Below, in pieces: positions 52,001 through 64,000 of a stretch of DNA of 64,000 bases; the stretch's first letter is position 1; the number at the start of each line of letters is the position of its first letter. Source of the stretch: Vicugna vicugna (lineage: Eukaryota); assembly GCA_013265495.1 (NCBI GenBank), contig MU058844.1, forward strand, positions 13,104,184 through 13,168,183, read 5' to 3'. The notes beneath the pieces were generated by a model. The model searched no databases. It saw only the letters and a list, made by a program, of their open reading frames with translations, and was not told the DNA's origin. The translations under genes were made by a program, and so were the position numbers.

Positions 52001-55000
52001 CTACAACAGTTTCCCAAAATGTACTGAAACATCAAGGAAGCTTAAATTATATATTGTATGCCTGTTTGTGGAAAAGGAATGTTTTACTTTATCATACTGG
52101 AATCTTTTATTATTTGAATTTATCTGGACAGTTGAGGTTACCAAATGTACACATTCTGAACCATAAAAATGTCAAGCTTGATTAATAAAGGAAACATGGT
52201 AAGTATAAGATGACCATTAAGTACGTATTTCTTTTCAAAGACAGTGTATAATAATACATTTAGGGGTTCAGAGAAAAGCCTCATTGCTGTACTGTTTGTA
52301 TTATAAACTAGGACTTTGCTCTTTTGCATTATAAATCTAAATCGGCATTTTTAAAAAACCAAATGAATATTTAACCATTCAAGATAGTAGAAATAATGCT
52401 TTATTTAATCTTCATACTTGTTTGAGGATGATAATTATTCCTTCTCTATATGTAAGGATAGAAGTCAATAAGGCCACACAGTATATGTCCTCTTTTTTGG
52501 CCTCTGCCTGTGCTCCCACCTGCTCTGAGAGCTTCGTCCTCTGTTTTGCTGTCCTTGGCATATGGTTTCCAATTTTAGAGTTCCCTTTTTGTCTGAAATG
52601 GCTGCAGCCACTCTTACCCATCTTATCCAGGTTTTAGGCAGCAGGTGGGGCTGAAGGAGTTAGAAGACTCCCGGCATCCAGCCGTCTTTAGAGAAGAGAC
52701 TGTGGTTTATGCTTCCTGCATCAAAGGGAGGCTGGAAAATGTAGTAGACGTGCACATCTGGAGCTGAAGCTGAGTTTGTTAGGAGTTAGGAGAACAGCGG
52801 TTGGGATGACAGCAACAGTGCCGTGTGTGCTGAACAGCTTTGGGTTTAGAAAAGGATGGAGGATGTACTGGAACACGTGAGGCAAATAGCTGCATTTCAG
52901 AAATAAGTAAACCGGTTCCAGAAAGGTAATTTAGGGATACAGCCCTGAGGATGAGTAATGCCTGGAGTCTTTCTTATCCATCATCCAGGGCTCATTGCTT
53001 CATTTTACATATCTTTCCCAGAACCCCTGCATACACAAGTGAGGTTGAGACAGTGTCTTCAGCAAAAGTGTAAGTGGACTTTTATTGGAAACAAGAACTG
53101 TTAGTTCTAGTTTCTGACCTGTTAAAGGATGCTCGTTGTTAAATAGTTTGTGGTAATGGATTGTGTGGTGATTTTGTTGACTCCGTGGGATTTACTTTTC
53201 TTGATAGGCTTCGTGGCAACGTAGAAGCTTGCCATAAAAAGATTTCCTGGGTTCTGCCTTTGGTAAAAAGTATTCCTCTGTCTTTCTGGGCCTGCCTACC
53301 TCACAGAATTCTTTTATTCCACCTTTTTTTTGCTCTTGGGTTCTCTCTCAGTGACCCTGTCACCTATGACACCCTTTCCAATCCTTCGTCTACAGATCTG
53401 AGTTCCTCATTCTGAACTAACCTTGCACCCAAGCAAGTTTACCACACTTTGTTTTCCTTCATCCTTGAATTTTCAGAAAGAATTACCTACACTCACTGCA
53501 TCTACTTCTCCTGTAATGCCTAAAAAAGGCCTTTGCTCAGTTTTTTTTAAACAGGTATCAATTATGATCAAACTGAAGTCTTTTCTCAGACTGTGCCATG
53601 TTGTACTAGGCTGCAAAAGAGGGTGTCATCCATGTAATCTAGTCCTTTAAATGGAGGTATATGCCCACTGGCTATCCATCAGAGTTGCAAACAACAAGAG
53701 CACTTACCTAGTTTGAGTAGAAGTGGACTGGAAAGGTACTAGGTGCTCATGAGCTCTTAATGGAGGGCAGAGGCTTGGCTGCTGGTCAGCCAGGGCAGCC
53801 CTCAAAGTAAACTTGTGCTGCCACTCTCAGTCACCTAGCGCTTCTCTACTGCCACCCCTGAGGACCCAGAAGTCAAGAGTATCAATACAACATTGCCTGC
53901 ACAAATGTAGTGTCTCATGTTCTGAATTTAGGACCAAAAGAAGAGCTGAAGCCCTGCTCTATCTCATCCACCATCTCGTATTTCCATTGTCATCATTGCA
54001 AAACTAATATTACCCTAGTATCTTTAATGCATCACCAGTTTCTCCTGAATTCAGTTTCTTGGTGAACACCTTCAGTAAATTTTAGCCTGCCTTCCCTGTT
54101 TCGACTGAGTATCTCCTGCCAGAACTAACATTCAGTCTCCTTCAGTTTAAGTGCTGTCAGTTAGCACTTAATCAGCAGTCTCCACCTTGATCCACTGCTA
54201 CTAGGTGACGATGACGAAGACACTAAACTGAGATACTAACTACTGACCAGATTGGAAGTAATACAATATGTTTAGGAGGGAATTAACTCAGCCAGAAGGA
54301 AGCTGAGAGGTGGGATTTGAATTGGACTTTGAGAAATGAAAGGTTACAGAGGATTTGGAATAGCAAAGGCAGCACAAGTAGGTAAAGTGATGAGCTCACT
54401 TAGGGTTGAGTGGAAGAAGAGTCTAAATTGTAAAAGCAAGTAGGGCTTTGCAGTTCTGTGGAGGGCTTTCCATGCCAGGGTAAGGAGTTGGGGTGTTCTC
54501 TCACATGTAATAGGAGGTACTTTTCCTGTCTTATTTTGGGAGTAGAAGTGATAGCAATGCAGTGTGGTGGGTGGTATCCATTCAAGAGATTGGGCCGCGG
54601 GTAACAGAAATGAAGACCTAAATTAGGTTATTGGCAGGACAGAAGGGATAGAGGGCTAATTGGCAGCGCTGTGAAATGGGTTGTGATAACTTAAACACTT
54701 GAATAGAGCACTTTACTATTCTGAATTGCTCTAAGCTGTGCTATACGGATTGACCACTAGGAGGCACAGTTCATCAACATTTAAGGCGGAAAGGAAAGTA
54801 GATGAGGAACACATCTGTGAAAACTGGATAGTTAAGTATTCAGTTGAATAGAGTTATTAACCTTTTCAGTTAGGCATTTTGGAACTTAGAATCTTAATAA
54901 AATATTTTTACTAAATAGTATTTAATTTTTTTAAAATTTAAGTTAAAAAAGTTTAAGTCTAAATTATAGGCTGGACGTGGACCTTTATGCACTGATGAGT

Positions 55001-58000
55001 GACCTGACATTTTCATGGACTATTTGGCTTTTAACTACCTCTTGAAAGATATTAGAACTTTATCCAAATCTTTAATAATAATTCTTCCTACTGTATATTG
55101 CGAATTGGGAAGTTTATAGATTAAAAATCGTACAGTCTTGTAATCAAGTTGGAGATGAAAGTAAACACTTTATAACTTGAGTTCTGTTAAATGTCTTTAA
55201 GCCAGCATTGATGAATGGATATCTAAGCAAGTGTTGACTAACTGCCAACTAAGAGAAACTGCTACCAGTTCAGTTCCATTGCTGCATTTCTCATCTTTTT
55301 TATTACTCTTACTAGCAACCAATAGGATGGTATTTGAATACATCTCAATATTAAATTGCATGTCGTTCAGAAAGGGAAAGGTCTGTAGGACTTATTTTAG
55401 ATAGCATTTACAGAATAATTGCATTTAAGATTCAGAGAGGCCTCAGAGTAGTTAATCCATTTTTTTAAACTTTAAGTATATATATTGGTATGGCACACTT
55501 CAGAAGGTTTTTCATAAAGTCTTGTTACAGTTTGGAGATTTTGAAAAGTAGGATGCATTATGAAAAATCTGTCAAGCATTTGGAGATGTTGATTTTCTTT
55601 TTATGACAGATATGGACTTTTGAGTCAATTCAAAAATTCTACATTTGTTGAGCCCCTACCATGTGCCAAGAATTGTATTAGATGATTGGGACACAGCTAA
55701 ACTGTGATCTTTGCCATCTTGAAGAGCTTACATTCTATGGGAATGGGAACAGAGATAAGCAATAGGCAAAGTAAGTTATTCAGCATGTTAGGTACTACAT
55801 GCTATAGGAAAAATTAAGGGACATTGGGTGGTTGCAATTTTAAAGTGACTAGGAGAGGCCTCACTGGGATGATGTTTGAGGAAAGACTTGAGGAAAGTGG
55901 TTGGGATGACTTAAATGGGTTATAATAGAAACAACAAGGGTGGAAGCAGGGAGGAAAGTTAGGAAGCCACGGCAGTAATCCAGAGGGGAGATGATGACCT
56001 GGATCAGGGTTGCAGTGAAGGGAGCAGAGAGAAGTGGACAGGATATAGATGTAGTTTGAAGGTATAGCTGATGGGATTTCTTGACTCAATTTGTGGATTG
56101 GTTCTGAGAAGTGAATATAAAGGATTATGGCATGGCAGGGATGCTTCTGAACAGTCGCAGTCCTGGGGCAAGAGTACTGTGGCGACACTAGGGGTTAAAA
56201 AGTTTTGTTAAATGAAAATACATCCAGTGCTACTGTCTTGACAAATAAACCTTCAGAAGTATTTGGAAGGCCAGGTTTGAATTTCAGGCCCTTCAAGGCC
56301 AGTGCCAGAACCTTTCTTGCAAGCAGGCCGATTCTCTGCCTGTGTCCCACCTTCCTTCTCTTCCCATCCCTGCCTCTGAATTGTATAGCGAAGGGCCTCC
56401 TGCATGTTTGTGTGGACACCCAAGCCTGCATATTCAAAATCCGTCCGCCTCCTTACACCCCACTGCACACAATGGTGAGATAATACACTTGGAAACAGTT
56501 GAGGCCATTTAGGCAGGGTATTTGGAATCCTGAGTACCTGGCATCTAGTCTCAGATGAGTATGAGTTCCAGATAGACATGTAATTTTGGCTCTTCTAAAG
56601 CTCAGCGCCTCTTTGGCTTGTTTGAAGGGCAGTGCTGCTCCAAGGTCTTTGGCCTGAGCAACTGTGGATAGAATTGCCATCAACTGAGAAGGGGACTGCA
56701 GACGGCAGAATGGGTCAGAGGGAGGAGATGTTTGGGAGTACTTATATTTTTGTTCTCTATTAGACACCCAAATAGTACTGTAGAGAAAGTGAAAAGGAAA
56801 ATTTTCAATTTATAGTAACAATGGTCTGGAGTGTATCAAAACTGAAGGCTATTTTTCACTGTAACCATTCTAACCAGCTAAGGCTCTTTGAAAAGCATGA
56901 ACTTTAAGTGACTCCAGACCCTTACTGAACCAGTTCCATCCAGAAATTTGTTTTAACCAATTGCATATAAGCCTATGGATTCTGGGATTCTGTCCTATCT
57001 GGCATGCTTTTTTTTTTTTTTTAAGCTAAAGCTCTATGAATCCTGCTAGAATTTCTATGATGGAAAATCCCCTCAGACTTTTCCCTCTAGTGGAATTACT
57101 CGGTGAATGTCTCCATCGGTATGTGTTCCCTTGTCTGGCATGTTAGTATTATTATGTCTTACCTTTGGTAGTCTTTGTTTTATTCCTTGGCAACAAGCAG
57201 TGGAATATAAATTCGGGAGTCTTGGGCATATAGATGTTATTGGAAATAAGATTGCATGAGATAAACAAGGGAGTGAGTGTAGATACAGAAGAGAACCAAG
57301 GACTGAGCTCTGGGCACCAAAATATTTTAAGATTGGGAAGAGGAGGAACCTGGAAAGGAGACAAGACAGTGACCAGGGAGGCCAGAGGAAAACTAAGTCA
57401 TGTCCTTGAAGCCAGTGAAGAATTGTATACAAGAGGAGAAAATGATCAACTCTGTCTGATGCTGCTGATGGACACGTGGATGCAGCCAGCCATTATTCGC
57501 ACTTTGAACTGGCCTTTTCAGATTTGTTTACCAAAGCAATGACTTGTTAGGTAGCTTTCTAAACTTAAGTAATTTTGAAGTGCCATTTGTAGGTTTTCAT
57601 TATCTACAACTGAAATTGTGTTATTGGGTGGGGGTTACTCATTTTCTGTGAATTTATCTTTTTAGAAAATGGCAATCTGGCCATTTTTGTGGGTTAGCAG
57701 TGACTGGTGACATTAAAAGTGAAGTCACCAATCTACAAGATTCCTATACTACTGAGATTTCCAATAATCAATTGCACTGTGGTTGGAGAAGGCAAATTGG
57801 ACACTTCTGAGCTGCTCACAAAGTCACTAAGTTGTGAAGTACCCAACTGGAAATTCTGAGTTTTAAAGTCTCTAGTTATAACAAAATCGGTGCTTTTGAA
57901 AATGTGCTGGTTGTTCAGACATTTTGAAGTAATTTACACAGAATGCATCTTTGTATCCTGATAAACTGTGGAAGGTTAAATAACACCAGACACTGAGATT

Positions 58001-59860
58001 CTCTTAAGAAAATGGCTTGGACTTCCAGAATACATTGTTATTTTTTCACCCAGTCAAGTTTGCATTGTATCATTTTTCCATATGAAATGTCTTTCCCAAC
58101 TACACCTGCCCTCAGAGACTCTGAATTACACATTTAAAGGAAGTATCCTTTCTTAATGAGCTGAAGAATGGCATTCTGTTAAAAAGATGAACAGCTGGTC
58201 ATGCAGAAATTCTCTGGAATGCTCACTTGTCCTACAAAGGCAGGGAAAGAACTGAGATGTTAGTATAGTGAGTGTCATTGGTATATGAATTTTTTTTCTT
58301 CTCTTTTGTTCTAGTAATCTTACTAGAATCCTTATATACCTTTAATAATTAATTGCCTTTCTTCTTAAAAGACTGCTAATCTGTCAACAACGTGAAGGCG
58401 CTGAGAACACACTAGGTGCAATTCAGTGGGTCTCAGGATTGTGCTGGAATTGCCCCATTTGCTAAATCATGGTTCCTTAGATTAAGATTCAGGACCCTCT
58501 CGTGTTTATCCTTTGTTCTCGATTACCTTGGGATTAAGTTCAAACTTCTTAAGCATGACACACAAAGGATTTGACTCTTGCTGGGCTCCCCAAGCTCATC
58601 TCTCACTCTTCCCCTTTGAATTCTTTGTTTCAACCACATGAAACTACAAATGAGCTAAGCACTCACTTCTTCCTTCTTGAGCTCAAGCAGCAGCCTTTCC
58701 TCCTATCTTGACCGACTCTGACTTGTCCACCCCTGATTTCTTTCTTTGTGTGGTTCTTCGTATTTTCAGGGTCGGAACACAGTTGGGGTTCTCTGTTTAC
58801 TTAATACATTTTCCCCCAAGAGGTTTGGTTTCAGTTTTTTCTCTTTATTCTGCTTTGTTTACCGGAATTTCTACAGAAATTATTTCAATGTAGTAGGAGG
58901 GAGCTCAGTAGAGTAGAGCATTACCTCCCCCCGGTTACAGATAAATGAGATTACAAGAGATTGGGTCCGTTAGGCGTTTGCAAAGAGAGGGACCCTCGGA
59001 AGCCAGCCTGCTGTTAGGAGGGCTAAACTCTGCCTTGAAGTGTGAGTTCTCAGCACCGGACGTTCCCCAAATTTGTAGAGTTGAGTTACTGTTGTGAGCT
59101 ATTGCAGACTGTACGGATAGGTCAAGACGGAAGCCAGAGAGCTTGTGTCCCGAGTGCAGATAGGTTAGTGCTTGCGCTTCTGGCTCGAGAAAAGGAAGGC
59201 AAGATGCCACATCTGAAGTGGGTCATCTTCCTCTACCCCTTCCTGACAGGACAGACCGGACAGACGGTAGCGCCCTTGCTTAGACAAATCGTCCTCTCTG
59301 CTCCAAGAAAAGCTAGTTAGTGACTGTAAGCAAACGTGAGTGTAAAGATACCGTGTCCTCTGGGCCTTTGGGCACTGAGATGTTTACGTAGGGTCCGGGG
59401 GAGGCACTTCCGCGGGACTCCGCGGCTCGCGAGCCTCGCCCCCAGCCTCCTGGCGCGCCCAGGCCAGGACGCGGGCTCTGCGGGGTCGGGGAGCCCAGTG
59501 CGAATCCCCAGGGCTGGTTCCCGAGGCCAGAGAGACAGCTCGGCGTTCCAGGCAGTGCCCGGTAGCCGTACCCACCCTCGCAGCCCCATCACTTTCTGAG
59601 GCTGTCAGCAGAAAGCCCCGCCGGGCCAGAGAGGCGGGACGGCTGGGGATGGCCTCTCGGCGCCCTCTGCGCGTCGGCACTCTTCGCCGGGCAGTTGGGG
59701 CGCCCTCCGCTGTGGCCCCGGGCGGAGGAGAGGAGTTTCCGGGGCTCCGGTCCCCGAAGCCATCCCGGCCGGGGAGGCGCGGAAGCGAGTGGGCGGCGAG
59801 AGGCGGAGCAAGGGCCGCGGGGGGCGTGGACGCAGCCGGCTTTGGAAAGGCCCCAAGTTA

Positions 59861-60420
59861 ATGAGGCGTGCGCCGGCGGCAGAGCGCCTTTCGGAGCTGG
59901 GCTTTCCCCCGCGGCGCGGGCGCCAGGAGCCGCCTTTTCCGCTGGGTGTCACTCGGGGGTGGGGAGGATGGCCCATTCAAAAGCGCCGCGAGGGGGCCCG
60001 GCCAGTGCCCTTCAGTGAGCGCTCGCAAGAGGACGGCAGAGGCCCGGCGTCTCGCAGCTCCGGGACCTTGTGGCGCATCAGGACGCGGCTGCCCTGCTGC
60101 CGGGACCCCGAGCCGCCGCCGTCGCTGTGCTTCCTGCGCGTTAGCCTCTTCTGCGCGCTCCGGCCGGGCGGCCTCGGGAGCCGCTGGGGCGAGGACGGCG
60201 CGCGGCTGCTGCTGCTGCCCCCGGCCCGGGCGGCTGGAAGTGGAGAGGCCGAGCCGAGCGGCGGCCCCCCCTATGCCGGGAGGATGTTGGAGAGCAGCGG
60301 CTGCAAGGCGCTGAAGGAGGGTGTGTTGGAGAAGCGCAGCGACGGGTTGCTGCAGCTCTGGAAGAAAAAGTGCTGCATCCTCACTGAGGAAGGGCTGCTG
60401 CTCATCCCGCCCAAGCAGCT

Positions 60421-60473
<53 letters not shown>

Positions 60474-61045
60474 CCGGGCAGGGTCCGGTCGAGCCTCCCC
60501 AACCTGGAGGCCCCGCTGTGGCCAGCCTCGAGCCGCCGGTCAAGCTCAAGGAACTGCACTTTTCCAACATGAAGACCGTGGACTGCGTGGAACGCAAGGG
60601 CAAGTACATGTACTTCACTGTAGTGATGGCCGAGGGCAAGGAGATCGACTTTCGGTGTCCGCAGGACCAGGGCTGGAACGCGGAGATCACGCTGCAGATG
60701 GTGCAGTACAAGAACCGGCAGGCCATCCTGGCGGTCAAGTCCACGCGGCAGAAGCAGCAGCACCTGGTCCAGCAGCAGCCCCCGCAGCCGCAACTTCAGC
60801 CTCAACCCCAAACCCAGCCTCAGCCTCAGCCCCCGTCCCAAGCCCAGCCGCAGCCTCAAACCAAGCCGCAGCCCCAACCCAAGCCCCAGCCCCAGCCCCA
60901 GCCGCAGCCGCTCCACCCGTATCCGCACCCGCATCCTCACTCGCACCCGCACCCGCACCCGCACTCGCATCCGCACCCACACCAACCACCGCTCTCGCAG
61001 CCCCACGGCCACCGGCTTCTCCGCAGCACCTCCAACTCTGCCTGA
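59861..61045 (+). CDS. PHLDA1: Pleckstrin homology-like domain family A member 1 (TDAG51); 394 aa from ATG 59861 or 253 aa from ATG 60284
   Basis: [39 protein letters not shown]-like domain split by poly[29 protein letters not shown] and PH repeats, C-terminus RSTSNSA. Confidence 0.97.
60422..60472 (+). repeat. PHLDA1: Coding polyQ repeat (CAG)11-CAA-(CAG)5 = Q17
   Basis: Counted directly. Confidence 0.97.
60770..60985 (+). repeat. PHLDA1: Coding Pro-Gln then Pro-His dipeptide (hexanucleotide) repeats
   Basis: CAGCCC/CAGCCT/CAGCCG units followed by CACCCG/CATCCG units. Confidence 0.95.
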
Positions 61046-61071
61046 AGAGGGCAGCACCCGGGCCAGCCGAG

Positions 61072-61513
61072 GTAAGGTCCCGGCAACTCGGCTACCGAGG
61101 GCCGTTCGGAGGAGTGGGGCTCGCGGGGCGGGGTGGCGGGGAGTGTTAGGAGTAGGAGGCCGGTTCACGAGTTCGGCTCTTGGGTGGAAAAAGTAAGACG
61201 TTAATCTGAGTTTCTGGGAGATAGGAAGAAGTGAAGCAAGCTGGAACCCGGAGAGGCCGGGCAGAGAGAGGAGGGTGGAGGGGACGCCTGGGGATCGCCC
61301 GCCCGCCCACGCCGACCCGCGCGTGTTCAGCGGTGCGCACCCCAGCGACGCCGCTGGCCCTCTAAGTGTCACCAGCGCCACTTGACTGTGTCTGGGCACT
61401 CGGGGGAGCCACCCAGGTGTCTTTCTAAGCGCTCTTTGTCCGCCGGACAGGCCCAAAGACAACTGGGTCTTGGAGGATTGTGAGCCACTTCAATCCATGT
61501 CATTTCTTTCCAG
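61072..61513 (+). other. PHLDA1: PHLDA1 intron in the 3' UTR; exon 2 (UTR) starts at 61514 and probably runs past the window end
   Basis: Strong donor GAG|GTAAGG 26 nt after the stop; acceptor catttctttccag|GTTTTGAGG. Confidence 0.88.
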
Positions 61514-61699
61514 GTTTTGAGGACTTGAGGAAGTGGGACGATCACCCTTCTATTGTCTTCACTTGGATTGAGAAAAGTCTCCCCGCCCCGCACCAGATCA
61601 AGTAGTTTGGACATAAACCGACTGATAACTTGAGATTCCGCTTCGTTTTCTGCATTCTCTTTCTTCATCACAATGCAGGAAATGATTTCGAGTCCAGAA

Positions 61700-61850
61700 G
61701 GCTTTATTTATGAACCTTTGAAAGGATCTTCCAGTATGGTGGACCTTCTAGGAGCGATCATGTACTGTAATTTTATTTTAATGTATTTTGATTTATGATT
61801 ATTTATTAGTTTTTTTTAAATGCTTATTCTAAGACATTTCTGAATGTAGG
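61700..61850 (+). promoter_or_regulatory. PHLDA1: PHLDA1 3'-UTR AU-rich element with miRNA seed matches
   Basis: Several ATTTA in U-rich context; GTACTGTA 61762-61769 (miR-101 8mer); TGAATGTA 61841-61848 (miR-181 8mer). Confidence 0.65.
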
Positions 61851-63589
61851 CCATTTTCCAAAAAAGAAACTTTATTTTCAAAAACCTATTCCGTAGTAAG
61901 TTCTAATCTTGGAAAAGAAGGAAGTAAAAGGGCGGTGGAGGGGAATACATTAAGAATCTATTCATGATTCCTAGGGCATTTTCAGAAGGTCTGACACTTC
62001 ATTGTTGTACCAGGTGATTGAAATTAAACTCTGTGATATTACTTTTTTTTTTGAGATTTTTTTCTTAGACATATATTTTGTGTAGAATAGAAGCTTAAAG
62101 AACCTAAACGTTCAGAATTGTGTAATTATAAAAATCTAATTGTTTTTCTGAAAGGAAATCAGTAGTAATGATATCTAATTCAAATATTTAAAACATAACC
62201 CAACTGATGGCAAAATGATCATATCCTGAATATATGGGAGGGTTAGGTCTGCTGTGGGAAAGGCCTTGCTTAGCTCATCTGTGTGGGAAGGGTTTAATAA
62301 GGAGTTTTCAGTGATTTCTGAGTATAAATGCATCAGGAGTTTCATTTCAAAAAACATAGTGGGGGGGAAAGAATTACTGCAAATACTGAGAGAACATTTG
62401 TGCTCTTATCCACAACGGTGATGACCCTTCTTCAAGAGCTTTGTGCATTTGCTGTGAACCACATTTTCTGATCCTTGTACTTTGTTCTAGAAGCATATTC
62501 TAGAATCTCATAGATTGAAATACAGTTTGTAAATCTTTCAAAGGACTAGAAGTCATAGCTTTTTGTTTTTATCCTGAGATCAACATTGATCAGAGACACC
62601 AATGGTTTTGCTTTTTATTGCTCTTTGAGAAATCCAAGGGTTATATGTTTTGTTGTTAGGTTAGCTAAACTCGGAAATTGAAAAAGGAAGGACTGGATAA
62701 ACAGTGGATTTGCAGTAAGAAAACAACCCCAGTCTTGTTTTAGCAGCTACTTGTTCAGGAGTCTGGGGAGGTTGCGGGGAGCGGGTGGGGTGGGGGAGAA
62801 GAGGATGTGCTTTTAAAGGTAGAACAAACCCTCTTCTGTGCTAAATCAAAAGGATGGTCAAAATCCACAAAGGCAGATGCTACTTAAGTTTAAAAAGAGC
62901 CATGGATGCTACCAAATCCTCTTGGGGCTGAAAATCACTTCCTATCTGCACAGCTTGACTAACGGGTCTCTGTCTTCCATTATCTTCTTCGCAAAGTCTT
63001 GATCACTATTTTTCCAGCTTCCAAATCGGAATGGTCAGTATGAAGCCATTGCTAAGTTCTACAGTTGAGAAATGAAAATAGAATTTCATGCTAGAGATGT
63101 CTTTATTCACCTTCCATCTAAAAAGGAGTTTCAAGGTCAAATTAACTTTTCAGTGCAGTATTTAAATGATAATTTGAGATCATAACTTGAATCCAAAAAG
63201 TGGCAGAGGAAAATAAAATTCAGGCAAATGGCAAGCAAGTCTTCAGTGGACTCCCACTTTCAGAGGCTGACTTGCAGTTACATATATATGCATATATGTG
63301 TATATAGGGCAGGAGTTCTTAAGTCAAGTTTGGTTTGACTTCTTTGGAAGCACAGCTGTACTTTGTAATAGTGCCTCTTTGTACTGTTGTTTTAATATGT
63401 GTGGGTCATATAACCCCAACTAAACCACAGCTTTTTTTTTCCAGATGGAAGGATTTTTCTTTCAAATTCTTGAGTGATAAAGAAAGTAAAATCCATACCA
63501 AATACTTTTAAAATTAAGATTCATGGATGCTTTTAAAGGCATTTGTATGTTGTTATCTTACATACAGTCTAGGTAGCATTGTCCAAAAA

Positions 63590-63642
63590 ATATATATATA
63601 TATATATTATATATATATACACATATAAAATATATATATATA
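63590..63642. repeat. Imperfect (TA)n tract in the PHLDA1 3' region
   Basis: Seen directly. Confidence 0.9.
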
Positions 63643-64000
63643 CGCCCAGGCTCCCGCCTGGCTGCTGGAATTTTTTCTTTCTCACAATGGCCATGGGTCT
63701 TAATGGCCACCAGAATCATGGTTCCTTATCTCATCTTTCCACAGCCCTTATCCTTGCTCTGCTGTGATATTTACATTGAATTGACCGTCTTCCTGGCTCA
63801 ATAGTCTGAACCCTTTTTAGAATCCGACAGTGAAACCTCAGAATTTAGAAAGGAGAGGAGCAGGATGGTTTTTGTTGTTTAACACTTATTATAGTTTAAT
63901 AATTTTTCCAGAACAACAACAAAAAATGAGCATGCTTAACACTACTCAACAGAAACACAAAAGCAAACCATTTAATGTGTCGGTGGCTTGATTTTACCTG

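Larger units (their letters stand above)
59390..61460. promoter_or_regulatory. PHLDA1: CpG island over the PHLDA1 promoter, coding exon and intron
   Basis: Very high GC/CpG; GC boxes, ETS CACTTCCG near 59405, forkhead-type TGTTTAC 59381. Confidence 0.92.

Noticed and set aside
56815..56872. Possible miRNA-like hairpin (AATGGT...ACCATT with TGGAGTGT)
   Set aside because: Pairing is short and interrupted; the similarity to miR-122 is limited to 8 nt
59858..61462. 534-aa antisense ORF over PHLDA1 (poly-L, RV and LG repeats)
   Set aside because: Shadow of a GC-rich, repeat-containing CDS; non-ATG start; its repeats mirror the polyQ, PH and PQ tracts; no recognisable domain
1..64000. CRISPR arrays, operons or other prokaryote-type systems; remaining short ORFs in 1-16000 and 46000-59000
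   Set aside because: The DNA is mammalian, has no regularly spaced repeats, and the short ORFs fall in repeat-derived or non-coding sequence without splice or homology support

Overview
Mammalian genomic DNA, probably from a camelid (inferred from the tRNA-derived SINE type). It holds two + strand genes in the conserved order seen on human 12q21. The first is the complete NAP1L1 gene: a CpG-island promoter with a TCT/5'TOP start near 16904, and 14 coding exons (26695-45202) that splice into an intact 391-aa ORF ending in the CaaX motif CKQQ. The second is PHLDA1/TDAG51: one coding exon (59861 or 60284 to 61045) with polyQ, PQ and PH repeats and a 3'-UTR intron. The rest is ordinary intergenic and intronic DNA with old L1/L2/MIR, MaLR, hAT and Tigger elements and solo ERV LTRs. 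I found no new protein-coding gene or novel multi-gene system. The best leads are RNA-level regulation: a three-way C-terminal switch in NAP1L1 intron 13, a candidate poison exon, a run of rare AAG acceptors, stop-proximal 3'-UTR introns in both genes, and an overlapping uORF on the short PHLDA1 start. Repeat family names come from recognition by eye and were not confirmed by a search.
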